DNA of 63,761 nt, counting the filler, from Choristocarpus tenellus KU-1152 (Eukaryota; Protista; Phaeophyceae): assembly GCA_964200185.2 (NCBI GenBank). It is 10 parts of 10 records of this genome, joined end to end, with 100 filler letters (N's around TTAATTAATTAA, not from the genome) between each part and the next. Parts side by side here need not be neighbours in the genome. Positions count along the whole stretch, not along the records: positions 51,168 to 53,795 come from CAXNAD020026144.1; positions 53,896 to 60,854 come from CAXNAD020006966.1; positions 60,955 to 63,761 come from CAXNAD020024582.1; 7 more parts are not named here. One strand, 5' to 3'. Position numbers and translations under genes: made by a program. The notes under the pieces are model-generated. The model made no database searches. It had not been told where the DNA came from and saw only the letters and a program-made list of their open reading frames with translations. The first letter of the stretch is position 1, and each line of letters starts with the position of its first letter. Positions 51,168-63,341 of the stretch are shown one piece after another.

Positions 51168-52341
51168 TCCGTCGAAGTCATGGTCTCTCTCTCCCCCACG
51201 AAGTCCATGATGTGTTTGTCTGGCTCGAACGTCACGTGGGCTGAGGTTACCAACTTGGCCTCTTGAGGAAGCCAGATGTGCCAGCATAATGATGTGCGAT
51301 CGTGTCCCATTATTTTACCTCTCTTGGCGTATGGGTGGAACTTTGCGCTGGCCCCTCTCTGCTGCTTGTCCTGATGAACATAGCACTCGCTCCCCCAGGC
51401 CCGAAGTCTATCATAATTGAAAGATTTTCCTGTTAGACGCTCGCATGGCGTCTCTCCTCCGAGGTATTCATGTGGCATGCCTCCAGTCTTGAAGGCGACG
51501 TCCGTGATGGCAAAGAACCAATACTCGTCGCCCAGTCCAGCTTTTACCAGTTGACTCCTTGCTGCCCCCATGAGTTGCTTTATCGCCCTTTCGGCGATTC
51601 CGTTGCTTTGTGGTGTTCTCGGTGGAGATTTCCTCCATCGGGTACCGTTGTTCGCCAGCATCATCCTTTGGAACTTCACCGATCTCCCAAGCTCGCCAGC
51701 ACCATCCCCACTGATGCATTTGACTGGTATACCTTCCCTGGCCATCTGGTCGATATAAGCAGCGGTTGCGTCCGTCGCTGCGTTTTTTGTCTTCAATCCA
51801 TAAACCCTCTTGTCTCTGCTGCTCTCATCGACGAACACCTGAAAATATTGATGGCCAGTGATGTCTGCTTTAAAAGGTCCCGCCAATCTGTGTGGACAAC
51901 CTCGCCAGGCTGTTTGGGGGTCCTGCCACCCCGTTGATAGCTTAGGGCCTCAGACTTGCATTCCTTGCAGGTCTCGCATTGCAGTTCTGACGCCACAGTA
52001 GCATCGGTGATCTCCAACAGTCCACGCTTCTCGAGGTGCTTGATAGCTGAAGGGTTGATGTGACCTAATATGTTATGCCAGTCCTTTAATGTTAGCCTCT
52101 GCTTTTGGTTGGCTCGTGCAGCGCTGGCTCTCGATTCTTGTTCCATGTTGATTATGGTTCCAGTTAAATTTAAGAACCCCCCCGATTTTTGTAGGTTTAT
52201 CTTGGGCGAATTCTTGGAGGCCCTCAGATAACTTTCCTTTGTTCCTGAGTCCATAAATTCTCCTCCATTCCGTCGTATACTTCCAGTACTCAATATGCGG
52301 CATGGTAGACCTGGGACCCATAGAACATCCTTCAGAACCAC
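51168..52341 (-). mobile_element. Ty1/copia pol fragment (GAG-pre-integrase and integrase), frameshifted
   Basis: LKDVLWVPGL, WHNILGH, CETCKECK, VHTD/AGPF, GDGAGEL, TPQSNGIAER, YWFFA, WGSECYVH. Confidence 0.92.
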
Positions 52342-53895
52342 TCTTGTTGGTTTCCACCCTTAAGCGTTTCCTGAGCGCAATGGCACGCAGTTGCGCTGCT
52401 CTCTTCCCCAATCTTCCCTTCGGGCGATCACTCTGGTTCTCCCTTCCCTCGCCGCAAGCAGGCTTCTGTTCGTATATAGTGCTCCTGATACACAATAGAC
52501 ACCATCGGTGGATTAGGTAATAGGATGGAGAGGCAGTGACAGATATATTATATGTCCTGACTCATAGTGTCCATTGATTTTATGTCATGTCCGAGATACA
52601 CTTGCTATACTTCAAACAAGTTTATATATGTGATTCATAGTAAATTAGTGTGGACGATTGCAAACCCCACACTATAGAAATAATAATGGTAGTCTAGGCT
52701 TGTCTCACCCCACCAATTCAGTCAGCGGAATCGAGACCATAAGCCTCTTGTAACACTACTATTGCATATCTACATTAAGCTATTCTTTGACCTTCCTCAA
52801 AGCACTAAAAAAGCCGTGGGTCCAGTGTGGAATATTTCTACAGCTTCCCCACAGACTTCGTCACTCTATTACCTGGTGATGGACTCGCCGCTCTCTTCCT
52901 GTTTTCCCGAGGTGGCAGAGACTGTAGAGCAGTTCTCCAAAGTGGTTAAAGACCCAACCACGTTTGTGTGGTAATGCTTTCAATGCGTCTTCTCTCAGCG
53001 CCATTGTCGCGACCCCGTGGTCCATTTCGAGATTCGATCATGCTGCTGCGCCACACTACTCGCACTTTCTCGTCACCTAACATCGCACTGAGTTTCACAG
53101 GGTACTTGTTTTTCCATCGCCTCTCAACAGAGAAGTTGCCGAAGGTAGGTCCAGGGGGCAGAGTGTCCTCGGCGGTCCTCCTTGTCTCACCGTCGTGGTT
53201 CATGTTGCTGTGTAAGTCACACGTGTTTGTGCTCACGGAAAGTCTGGAAAAGGCGTTAAAAAGATGTCCCGTTAAAAAAATGTCCGAAAATCTTGGGGTT
53301 TTTGTCTGCTTTTTTTTTCGGTACAGCCCCACCGCCCATAATTGGATGGCGACCTATCCCGGACCAGTTTTCTACATGAGTTCAGCCAACCACTTCATTT
53401 TTGTGCATTTTCAAGTCGTGACCTTCAAAATTGTGCAGAAGATATTCCCCCTCGTTTTTCCATTATTTCATCAGGACATAGCTCTCATTCCCCGAAGCCT
53501 GTGTATTCGTGGATACAAACACATTCAAAAGCTCTTGTCATATCCTTTCATTTGATACATACACAGTACCTACCCCTATTTTGGGCCAAATATTATGAAC
53601 CAAATCGAAATATATGCAATTTTGTACCGACATTTTCGACGTGCTAAAAAAAATAGGCTTTTATACCGAAATTCTCGGGCGATTTGGCACAACATCCCAG
53701 AGATATTCACGCGAGATAGGCACGCGCGTAAATATTTCTCGCGAAAAGTGCCTTTCTTCCTGAGTCATGCTACCATACAGCAATACAGTACGTTGNNNNN
53801 NNNNNNNNNNNNNNNNNNNNNNNNNNNNNNNNNNNNNNNTTAATTAATTAANNNNNNNNNNNNNNNNNNNNNNNNNNNNNNNNNNNNNNNNNNNN

Positions 53896-53926
53896 CCCCT
53901 CCCCCTCCCCCCAGATACTTTGACCC
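53896..53926. mobile_element. Family-A terminus at contig start
   Basis: ccccccagatactttgaccc. Confidence 0.75.
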
Positions 53927-56900
53927 AGAACGGAAACACAAACAGAAAAGTAAGAAAAATATAAAATTCCTATTTTTTCATTAATCAATTGATAGATTGT
54001 CTTAATATATTATTTTTCCCTTATGCTCCTTCCTAGACAACAAAGTAAACGTGTCAGCGTTGAAATAGAAACTTGAATATATACATACGAGTATATACAT
54101 GAGAGTGGTAAAATATGCACGGTACTAATAGTCAAATATCATCTGGAGTATTTGGCACCTATGCAAACAGCATTTACAGGTAGTCCTCCAGCATATTCAT
54201 TATCTTGAATCCAAGCTGTTGTTTAGGACAATGTCCAGCTTCAGGAGTTCGCAACTTCACAAAGTTGATGTGTCGATTCTTACTTGCCATCACACACAGT
54301 GGCACCCTTACCCACGACCCACTAAAATCCCTCCAATAACGGAGGGCATTAGAATCAGAAACATATTAGACGAAAAAGGGTATCTACTTCCACGCATGAT
54401 GAAATTCGTTTGTCTGTGGATTTGGGACGGAAGCAAGACCTCAAGACCTGAACTTCAATGGAACTTCCATGTTTGTGAAAGATGTCTTTTGTTAGTATGC
54501 CCTCTCTCAGTAACATGATGTGTTGCATCTGTCCATCTGTTTGAGTGTGCCTGATGGGATGTATTTACACATATACACTAGGTATAATATATGTCGAGTT
54601 CCTCCAGGAGGAGGAGTACCCTGGAATGCTTGCAACATCACGTATGCAGGCAGCAGAGGGGTGAGAAGCAAGCTTTCTGGAATTGGTGTGGTCGTTGTCA
54701 TGTGATGGAGAGTCAAAGTAGCTCATACCAATTCTATCGAAGTGAATGGATCTCTTTCTGCTGCCGTCACTTCTTCACTTTATCCATATCCTTTGTTCTA
54801 TGTGCCTCCAAGCATCATGTAAGTGACGGGGAACGATCTGCTGCTTGTGGTCCACTTCTCACTGGAGCATTTTGGTGTTAGGGTTAGTATCGTATGTTGT
54901 TGGCTAGATTGAGTACGCGCATGATGAAACTTAGGAGTGGTAGTGGTAAAGTGAACACATAAGGCATACATAAGCGTATGCGTATCAGTCCTAATATCGA
55001 TGATGATATGAAAATATCACAATCTGCAGCCAAGAGCTCACGTTGGTGGCATGGACACATGGTGTATGCACATGTTCAAGACTGTGACCTGGTACTGGAG
55101 AACACTGGTAATCACACAGATACGATTCCATTTTGTCAGGTGTGCGGTAGTTATCACTACACAGATGCCATCTGGAATTCTGCATAGCCGGGCGGGCATC
55201 AGTGCACAACCCTAACCCTAACTCATGGACATACCTTTCACGAGCTCATAGCTATGGCCAGAGCGTCATCATGGCGTCATGCTTGGCATATTTTTGCCTG
55301 AAGTTTGGTTTACGTTGTACATCAACAAAAAAGAAGACAACAAGTAATTCGAAGCACTTGTCAGATACGGAAATAATCTTTTACCCAGGTACTTGCTCCA
55401 AGATACAAAAAAAGAACCAGAATATGAATGTGCCATGTACACCCCAAGAAAAATCCCAACGTTTGCACATATTTGAGTTATTTAAGGGGACCTACTCCAT
55501 AAATACTACTCCAGAGAAAAAGAGAGCTTCATCCCAACATCAACAACCTTGTGGTGTGTCTGAAAAAATACTGAGCAACCTCGTCTACTCTAACCTCCAA
55601 ATCCATGTAAGAGCTGGTTACAGAGATGTTGCCTTAACAATAGAACAAATTGAAACAAACCAAGCAATGCGGTGAAAAATATAACCTGCTTCCCCTCTCC
55701 TTTGCTTAGTAGAAGCTACTCAACACCAGGAGCACAAAACCCGAACTCCAATCCCATCTGCACATCAAAACCTCTGAGTACATCAATACAGCCAAGAAGT
55801 GACAGGCGCAGGTCTTCAATATACCTTACTATGGGTACTTTTGTTTGCTGAGAGGGAGGGTTGCTGTAGTGCAGAAGCAGAAAATTTCTTTTCATTGAAA
55901 ACAATGGGGATGATTACCCCTCAAGAAGTGTCGTCAGTGATTCACATACTGTCTGCTACCATTCCTCAAAAGCAACTTGATGTAGACTATCATATAAGCG
56001 ATCATTAGAAAGTAGGTGACCATACTTGCATGGATGTATTATGCATCATTATCGGCCTATACACTCATTGAGTCCTTCACAGTCCCGATTCATGAGGTAC
56101 TCACACGTACCTCTAGGGTAAAGGACAACCTCTGGCATAAGCATGTACTTTCAAACAGAAACAATTATTGCAGTTAGTAGCAAATGCTGACTATCCTCAT
56201 CACGCTTCACTCTTTCTCTCTCCTCATTCAAGGAAAGAGACCAAGCTTAAACAGAGGACGATCCTGTACACACACACTATCAACTGTACACTCCCTTCAT
56301 GCCGAATATCTTCAAAGCCCATGCAAACAAGCCAAGCTAGGTAATCGAAAAATTGCACTGCTTTAGGCTAGCTAAGAGGTGCTTGTCCTTGACGACGCCT
56401 CCCAAGGCTAATGCAAACTCTTCAAATCAACAACACTGCACGCACTGAACCAACATACACCATCAACAAGCCCTCAAGATATGTACACCCTTGCCATATG
56501 GGAATTCTACCTGCCACAAAGGTCTTCACTATCTCCATCAATCCACCATACTTGAAAAAACAACAACTTGGGACTCAGGCAGGAACCATCAAGCACACAC
56601 AATACAAAGTGAATGCATCCAGGAACAGGTGGTGCAAACCCACAAATGATGTCCCAATGGAAGCAGATCTCACACCTCCCACGGTTCACACCTGATACAG
56701 TAACCAAGGATAACAACCTGTGCATAAAATAAACCTTACTAACTTCCTTCATGACCATGAAAAAAAAAGATACATCCTTTTCTGTCTGAGAACACCCATA
56801 TACTACATCTCAAACCTCACTCATCCCACCTTTTGCCTTAATCCCCCTCCCCTCATCCAATTACAACCCCAACCCCTTGATATTTGCCCAAATGAATCCA

Positions 56901-58489
56901 TCAAGCCTCCCCAGCAACAATCTGTCCTTCAATGCCACAGTGGTTTGTCCCACGCAGAATGCGGAAAAGGCCTTTCTCCCCCCAACTGTTGTTCCATGAG
57001 TTGACCACCTGAGATCACAACAACATCACCCCCCCCAAAAGGCAATTCTAGGTGTCAGCATTCAGAAAAAAGAGCGATAAAGATGAGAGAGTCATGGGTG
57101 CCAAAATGATTAGGGTTAGGGTAAGTCTTTGGGAGGTACTTGAAGCTACAACATGTTTCAAACCATAATAACTGCCATGTGGAACATAAGAGGATCACAC
57201 AAGTTCAAGGCCAAGAAAAGGCCCTTCAGGCACCCGGGCAAGAAACACAAGGAAAATTTTTAATGTCCTCAAACTCACCAGCCAGTAGTCCTTTCCACTG
57301 TCCTGGTCAGTGCCCCAGCCAATGATCTTGACAGCATGACCACCTAGGTACGCACCTGCAGGTAAAAAAACACAGCATGATCCCAAAATCATTTTTCGGT
57401 ATTCATTCTACTACAGTAAAGATATTAATGATGATAACAATAACATCATGTTCTAGGGGATGTTGTTCAGCCAATAAATACAAGATACATTTATGTTTTG
57501 TTGATCAGAGTCATTCCTTTAAATATGGAATTAACATTACAGCGATGTTACAGTCAATAAATACAACCTATATGCATATTTATGTATGCAACCATCCTCT
57601 CAAATATAGACTACCTCTTGATCAAGCCAACAAAAAAGAGTAAAAAAAAAGATGAAGGTACTGGAGAACCAACTATCAATAGGTGGGAATAGTTCATGAC
57701 AACGTGTAACCCAATCAGCCTATGAAAGGCACACACTCTACCACATCAGTTGTCAGGCTGAAAAGGCCCAAAATGCCTCAAGAGGCCGATGCTATCAAAT
57801 TGTACTTCAAAACACACTCTTGTTTACACCTGGACAAGCTCAAAACGTAACACTTGACTGAACTTGCAACTAGATCTTGACTCAAGGCAAAAACGACCAG
57901 CAACATCCGCCTTCACTTATGTTAGAAACCCTTTCTTAGAAGTACACACAAGTACATTCGTTATTACAAAGCAAACCTTCCCCCTACACATCAACCTCAA
58001 ACCACAAAATGCTTGACAATAGTAACATATCCAACTGACCCGATCCCTCAAGTAACAAGAGTTACCTTGCCTCAACTCAAAAACTCTCCATTTTAATTAC
58101 ACAGACAAGCAACAAGAGCTTAGTCGTGGTGGTATAAAGTCAGGAAAACACATGATACTCCCCATAGAAATCACAAAACCAACAGCCTCACAAAAACATC
58201 TCATAAAACCCTAACCCTAACCCTAACCCTAAAACATCAAAATAAAAAATAGCTAAAAAAATAACAAAAGACATTAATGTCTATCCAACAAAATCAAGGG
58301 GAAAATAAACAAATAAATCAATCAATCAATCAAAAATCGGTTTCACTATTTACCCAATGAAAAGACAGGAACCTCACCATCAACATGTTCGTAAACACCA
58401 TGAGAGTAGGTGGGGAAGTCACCATACACTGAGAAGGCTGCTGTAGCAGAACCATAGGTCATAATATCCCTTTGTATGTCTTCCACACC
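56901..58489 (-). CDS. Cathepsin B-like cysteine peptidase (C1A), last three exons: 58489-58378, 57355-57279, 57008-56901
   Basis: [38 protein letters not shown]|[27 protein letters not shown], stop; phases consistent. Confidence 0.93.
58209..58232. repeat. Interstitial telomeric tract (CCCTAA)4, longest of many short tracts
   Basis: Directly visible in a cathepsin B intron. Confidence 0.9.
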
Positions 58490-58613
58490 CTTGAAAGAAC
58501 AAGAGCAATGTCAGGTCAGCGACAAATGAGAGCACATACAGTGCATTACAAAAATGATGTTTTTTTGTTCACATTACATCAGGGCCAGTCCGGGTTGAAA
58601 AATGTGTACATCT

Positions 58614-58872
58614 GAGTTAAAGTATCTTAGAGGGTACGAGTTTTTCTCTGTTTGTCCATTTGGGGCTTGGCTTCTCAGAGGTTTTTAATGAAATTTTACC
58701 TACTCCAAAATGTTTCAGAGTTTGTAAAATGTGTATGTTATGAAAAGCTGTGTCCAGAAGTAGGATATTGATATCTCTTAACAAACATGATAGCCAAAAT
58801 TATATCAAAATTGCAAAATTAGATTTTGGCCGCCAAATGGACGCGGCTCTACCCTCTAAGATACTTCGCCTC
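58614..58872. mobile_element. MITE family B (reverse), TSD TCT/TAT (one mismatch)
   Basis: B TIRs and interior. Confidence 0.9.
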
Positions 58873-60832
58873 TATATGTCTACTCAAACATTTCATATAT
58901 CACACTCCAACCGTAAAACTGTGCTTCTGAATTGGAATAATTAACATATTGCTGGTATAATTTGGACAGATATTGGAGGGCAAGAGTCTTTTTTTACTTT
59001 GCAAGGACACACAAACACTGTAGTTCAACAGTATAGCTATGGTCTTGTTGTAACATGACGGGCCACATGCTCGTAGTGAGGTGGAAGGACATGATTTCCA
59101 GGAAGCATAACTTTCCTTGAAGTAGTAGAATGATGCAGGGGGGGAGATTGGAGGATCTCAGTCAACTGGCTAAGAACAGGAAGGTAGAATGGGGCCTGCT
59201 GATAGATACGCTGCTAGAGTGTTCCAAGTCCAGTAGCAGGTAGTATGTGTGGAGTTCAGAAGAAGACTTTCTCATTGGCGTGGTATGAACAAAACATGTT
59301 ATGAAGTGGGTCTCTCTCGATTTATGAAAAGACAAAGTAACCAATAGGAGGGTGCTATTGGATTTTCAAGAACCCCTCTGACTTTTCTGGCGACACATGT
59401 ATTTGGACGACACAGTCCACAGCTGTGGAGTACATCTTGACTGCTTTGTGAGTACCTTCAGTTTGCAGAAGCAAAATATACACATTGATAATCTTTTTTG
59501 AATGCCCTCATCTTCTTCAAACATTGTAGAACCCCTTGAAATCAAAAGGGTCGAAACACACATCCCTCTCGGGTTGCATGGAGTATCAAATCCTCTACTC
59601 AATTTCATAAGTCGGACAATAAGCACGTGTGGAACATTCAAAGCCCCACAGAATAGCTCTAGTGAATCTCCACTGCAGTTAGCTCTCCTGAGTGAAAAGA
59701 CAAATTAATTTTAGGGCAAGCAAGTGGTAGCAGGCAGATGATGACTATGGTCTCAAGTGAGTGAAATTACATCTGGCTACACAATTTTTTAAGTTGCACA
59801 GTTCAACACATTACTACAGGGTCCGATTTTTTCACACTTGAACCATGTACTTGTTTGAGAGTTGATCGTTCAGACCGACTTGGACTGCTGATGCATCTGT
59901 CATCCATTGATATGCATGTCATTTCCACTCACACAGACAATCAAGGCGTGAGCTGATGTCTGTGCTTCGGAGGAAGTTAACCCTTGCTGCTACACATCTT
60001 GAGAGACTACAGCTGCATCATGATAGCTTTTTGAGCGAGGAAAACCTTGGTTGACGGCGCCTAAGCTTCCCTATGTTGCGCTCAAACCAGACACAGCACT
60101 GTGATTGAGCTCAGTAGCATGCGAGGAGTATTCGTAGTGCATTTAAACAACAGATTTAGACAAAAAATGCTTTGGCATGGGGTCCAATTGGATCGTAAGA
60201 TCTCTAGCAATAGAGCATTGTGGGAGGTCAGTCGCCAAGAAAATATCCTCTGTTAGCATATTTTTCATCCCCCTTGTATCTCGTAAATTGCCGCGAGCTG
60301 AGGACATATTTCAATCGAAGCATTTTTTGTTCAATTTGCTAGTACACTGATGCATTCATTCCCTCAACAAAACCTAAGAAAGAGAGGTTGCGGCATAAAA
60401 CATATCCACAACTCCCAACAATTAGGTGTTGCTTGAATCTCTTCGTTTTCCCTACACAGTAGCTGAGGAATTACTGCTCCACTATAGCAGTGTGTACAGA
60501 GCACTGCAAGCATAACAATTTACGCTGGACTCTTCAAAATGCCCTACTGCACAATTTGCTATTGAAGCAAGGGTGGGGGCATGCCAAAAATATATTATCT
60601 CTACGTGGAGTACTCTGTCTGAGATGTGCCACGTGTATGGAAGAGGATATGTATCTGCGAAACCATGCAAAATATGGGTCACTTGAGGCAAAGACACTGT
60701 ATAATGTAATACAATTTTTGCTTTACTGACTAGTGGGGTTAGAAACTCCAGAGGACACGGTGGACGACACGGATACTAAGAACGGAAAAAAACAACATCA
60801 GCACATAAAGTGTCGGGAAAAAAAGTATTTGA

Positions 60833-60854
60833 GACCCAAAGTATCTGGGAGGGG
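60833..60854. mobile_element. Family-A terminus at contig end
   Basis: gacccaaagtatctgggagggg. Confidence 0.75.
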
Positions 60855-61310
60855 NNNNNNNNNNNNNNNNNNNNNNNNNNNNNNNNNNNNNNNNNNNNTT
60901 AATTAATTAANNNNNNNNNNNNNNNNNNNNNNNNNNNNNNNNNNNNNNNNNNNNGGGCTGGCGTCCTCGACATGGACTTCTTTCGAACTATTTCGCCCCG
61001 CAAGCCGCCTCCATTAGACGCGTTCACCACGTCAACCTTATCGTTTGCTCTGTTCGATTGACATGCTATCGTTTTCCATTACACTATCCCATTTTTTACA
61101 TCACCATCGTCCCCTCCTCTCCTCAACAACGTTCTCCGCCGTGTCCACCACCAGATTCTCGAGAAGGACTCGACTCTACACGCTTACCTCACCACCTGGG
61201 ATGGGAAATACCAGGATGTCCTCAACCAGGTCAACCTCCACCAGGTTCACAGCGGGTGGGGTGGTGATGGCGGTGACGCAGACGTCGAGAGCAACAACAG
61301 ATCGGCATCA

Positions 61311-62175
61311 GATGGCGGTCAGAAAGAAGACGGGAGGGTGCGAACACAAAGGAGGGGACGAAGACGAGGGAGGGGACGGACTGCCAGGCGGGGAGGATAT
61401 GGGCGAGGGGGGTTCTGTCGACAGCGTTCCTGGTGCAGAAGAAGGACAAAACGGCCATGGAGGGTGGAATGCGGGCGTTTGCTGTACTGAATGCAATTCT
61501 CCACCTACGTCTCTGTGAGTAATGCAGTTGTAATGGTGCACACGCGGATGGCGGGTAATTAATGGCATAAGATTGGTTTCCATCCAATCTCTTGAACGGC
61601 TAACTAGGTTGTCTTGCTTCAGCAGTGCACGCCACCACATTGGTGATCTTGTGGGGTCCCTCCGTGTGTGGTGCTGTGGTCGCTACACCCAGGTCTCTTT
61701 GTTTGCCGCAGCCTGAGTGTGTTAGTGCATGTCGCAACCGACTGTTGTTTCTCACCTGTACTTCGTATTGTTTTGTGCCGCCAATTTCGTGGTCCTTCGT
61801 AGCCGTGGATCCCCGCGTTGTATTGTTGCGCCCAATTAATGATTTGGAAAAATGCTATTCTGTCTGTTTGACGCTCTCGTTCGATACCACGCGTGACAGG
61901 TATTCCTGCTCAAAGTGCTCCATCACGCACATGGGCGAATGTGCCAACGTGGAGATTGTGGGCGACGAGAGGCACAAGGATCGGTTGTGTATCAATTGCC
62001 CCGTGGCACAGGAGGGCAGCGAAGGGACTGGACCGATGGGAAACAAAGCGGCGGATCGGGGCAGGGGCAAGGGTAAGGGTAAGGGTAACGCAAGGGGCGT
62101 GGGCGGGTCACCCAGCAGGCAAAGCCTTTTACTTCCCCCCTCACGCAGCAAAACGGCGGACATGGAGAAGTGCAT
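61311..62175 (+). CDS. Fragment of a PHD/RING-like zinc-finger protein; exons ~61311-61514 and 61900-62175 (start uncertain)
   Basis: Splicing ct|gtgagt...cag|g gives CTECNSPPTSLYSCSKCSITHMGEC-x15-CINC in frame. Confidence 0.6.
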
Positions 62176-62388
62176 GTGGGTCTCGGCGTGGTTGCACATT
62201 AGACGGACATACAATTCGTCTCTGCGTGTTCGGTTTCGCGTTGGTTTGCACGTGGGTCTTGGCTGGCTGTACATCATGTGGATTGCTCGTCCTTTGTGTG
62301 TTCGATATAGCGTTTTGGAGGTTTCAATGGGCCAAGGAACTTACCTGTTTGACGTCTCCCCTCCTTCCACGAGATGTATCTGATGGGT

Positions 62389-62599
62389 CTGGCGTCGTGG
62401 AGGGTACAGCTTAACATTTTGGGGATGCCGGGAAATATTGTCAGGACCTCACTAAATGATATGATTGCCTGCACCGTTGCTTACGGTGCTGTCCTGGCGT
62501 CGTGGAGGGTACAGCTTAACATTTTGGGGATACCGGGGAAATATTGTCAGGACCTCACTAAATGATATGATTGCCTGCACCGTTGCTTATGATGCTGTC
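62389..62599. repeat. Tandem duplication of ~105 bp (two near-identical copies)
   Basis: ctggcgtcgtggagggtacagc... starts at 62389 and 62494. Confidence 0.92.
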
Positions 62600-62665
62600 C
62601 TCCTTGTCGTGCTGTCTGTGTACTATGTCATGTGTTATGATGTCCAACCAGGGCTGAGAACATTG

Positions 62666-62852
62666 GGCTCAAAGTATCTGGGGGGGGTGTGACGGGTGTT
62701 CATTTGAGGCCAATTTTTTCATGTCACAATTTTTGGGTGATTTGCTTCCATACGTTGGATGGATAATGAAAGTGCACTTTTCCTGGTTTTGGTCGAAATG
62801 GACACTCTGGTGTAGACCCACCGGACTCGCCCCCCCGCCGCCTCTTTGGGTC
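62666..62852. mobile_element. MITE family A with degenerate right TIR
   Basis: ggctcaaagtatctgggggggg plus A interior. Confidence 0.85.
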
Positions 62853-63199
62853 ACTGCACTACACGACCTTCACCCTCTCGACCCGACGCTACCCTTAGAC
62901 GGCCTGAAAGAGTCGCCTTCTGCAACGTACCAAACCTCGCCATAGTTTCCATCGCCGACGAGTCAAGACTCCTCAATGACGAAGAGGCGACCAACACCCA
63001 CTTTCGCCAGGCGATGAAGTGCTTGCAGGTGAAGATACATCCTCAGGGCACCATTGCGCTCTTTGTGCCCCACCCATGGGCCGTGCAATCACACCGCTTA
63101 CATGGTGAGTTGCAGAGTTCGCCAGCGCTGAAATACGGCGCGTATTGCGGGAGACTATTACAATTCGCCATAGCCGTTATCAGTCCGCCCGTGTGTCCA

Positions 63200-63341
63200 G
63201 GATCAAAGTATCTGGGAGGGGGTGGCGGCTGTCCATTTGGGTTCAATTCTTGTATGTCGCGATTTTTGGGTTATTTTCCTGATTTTGGTCAAAATGGACA
63301 CCCTGGTGTAGACCCCCCCCCCCTCCCAGATACTTTGGGTC
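63200..63341. mobile_element. MITE family A with internal deletion, 4-bp TSD TCCA
   Basis: tcca|ggatcaaagtatctg ... cagatactttgggtc|tcca. Confidence 0.9.

Noticed and set aside
52946-53555. Overlapping ORFs as a gene
   Set aside because: No recognisable motif; possibly the 5' part of a TE, but unsupported.
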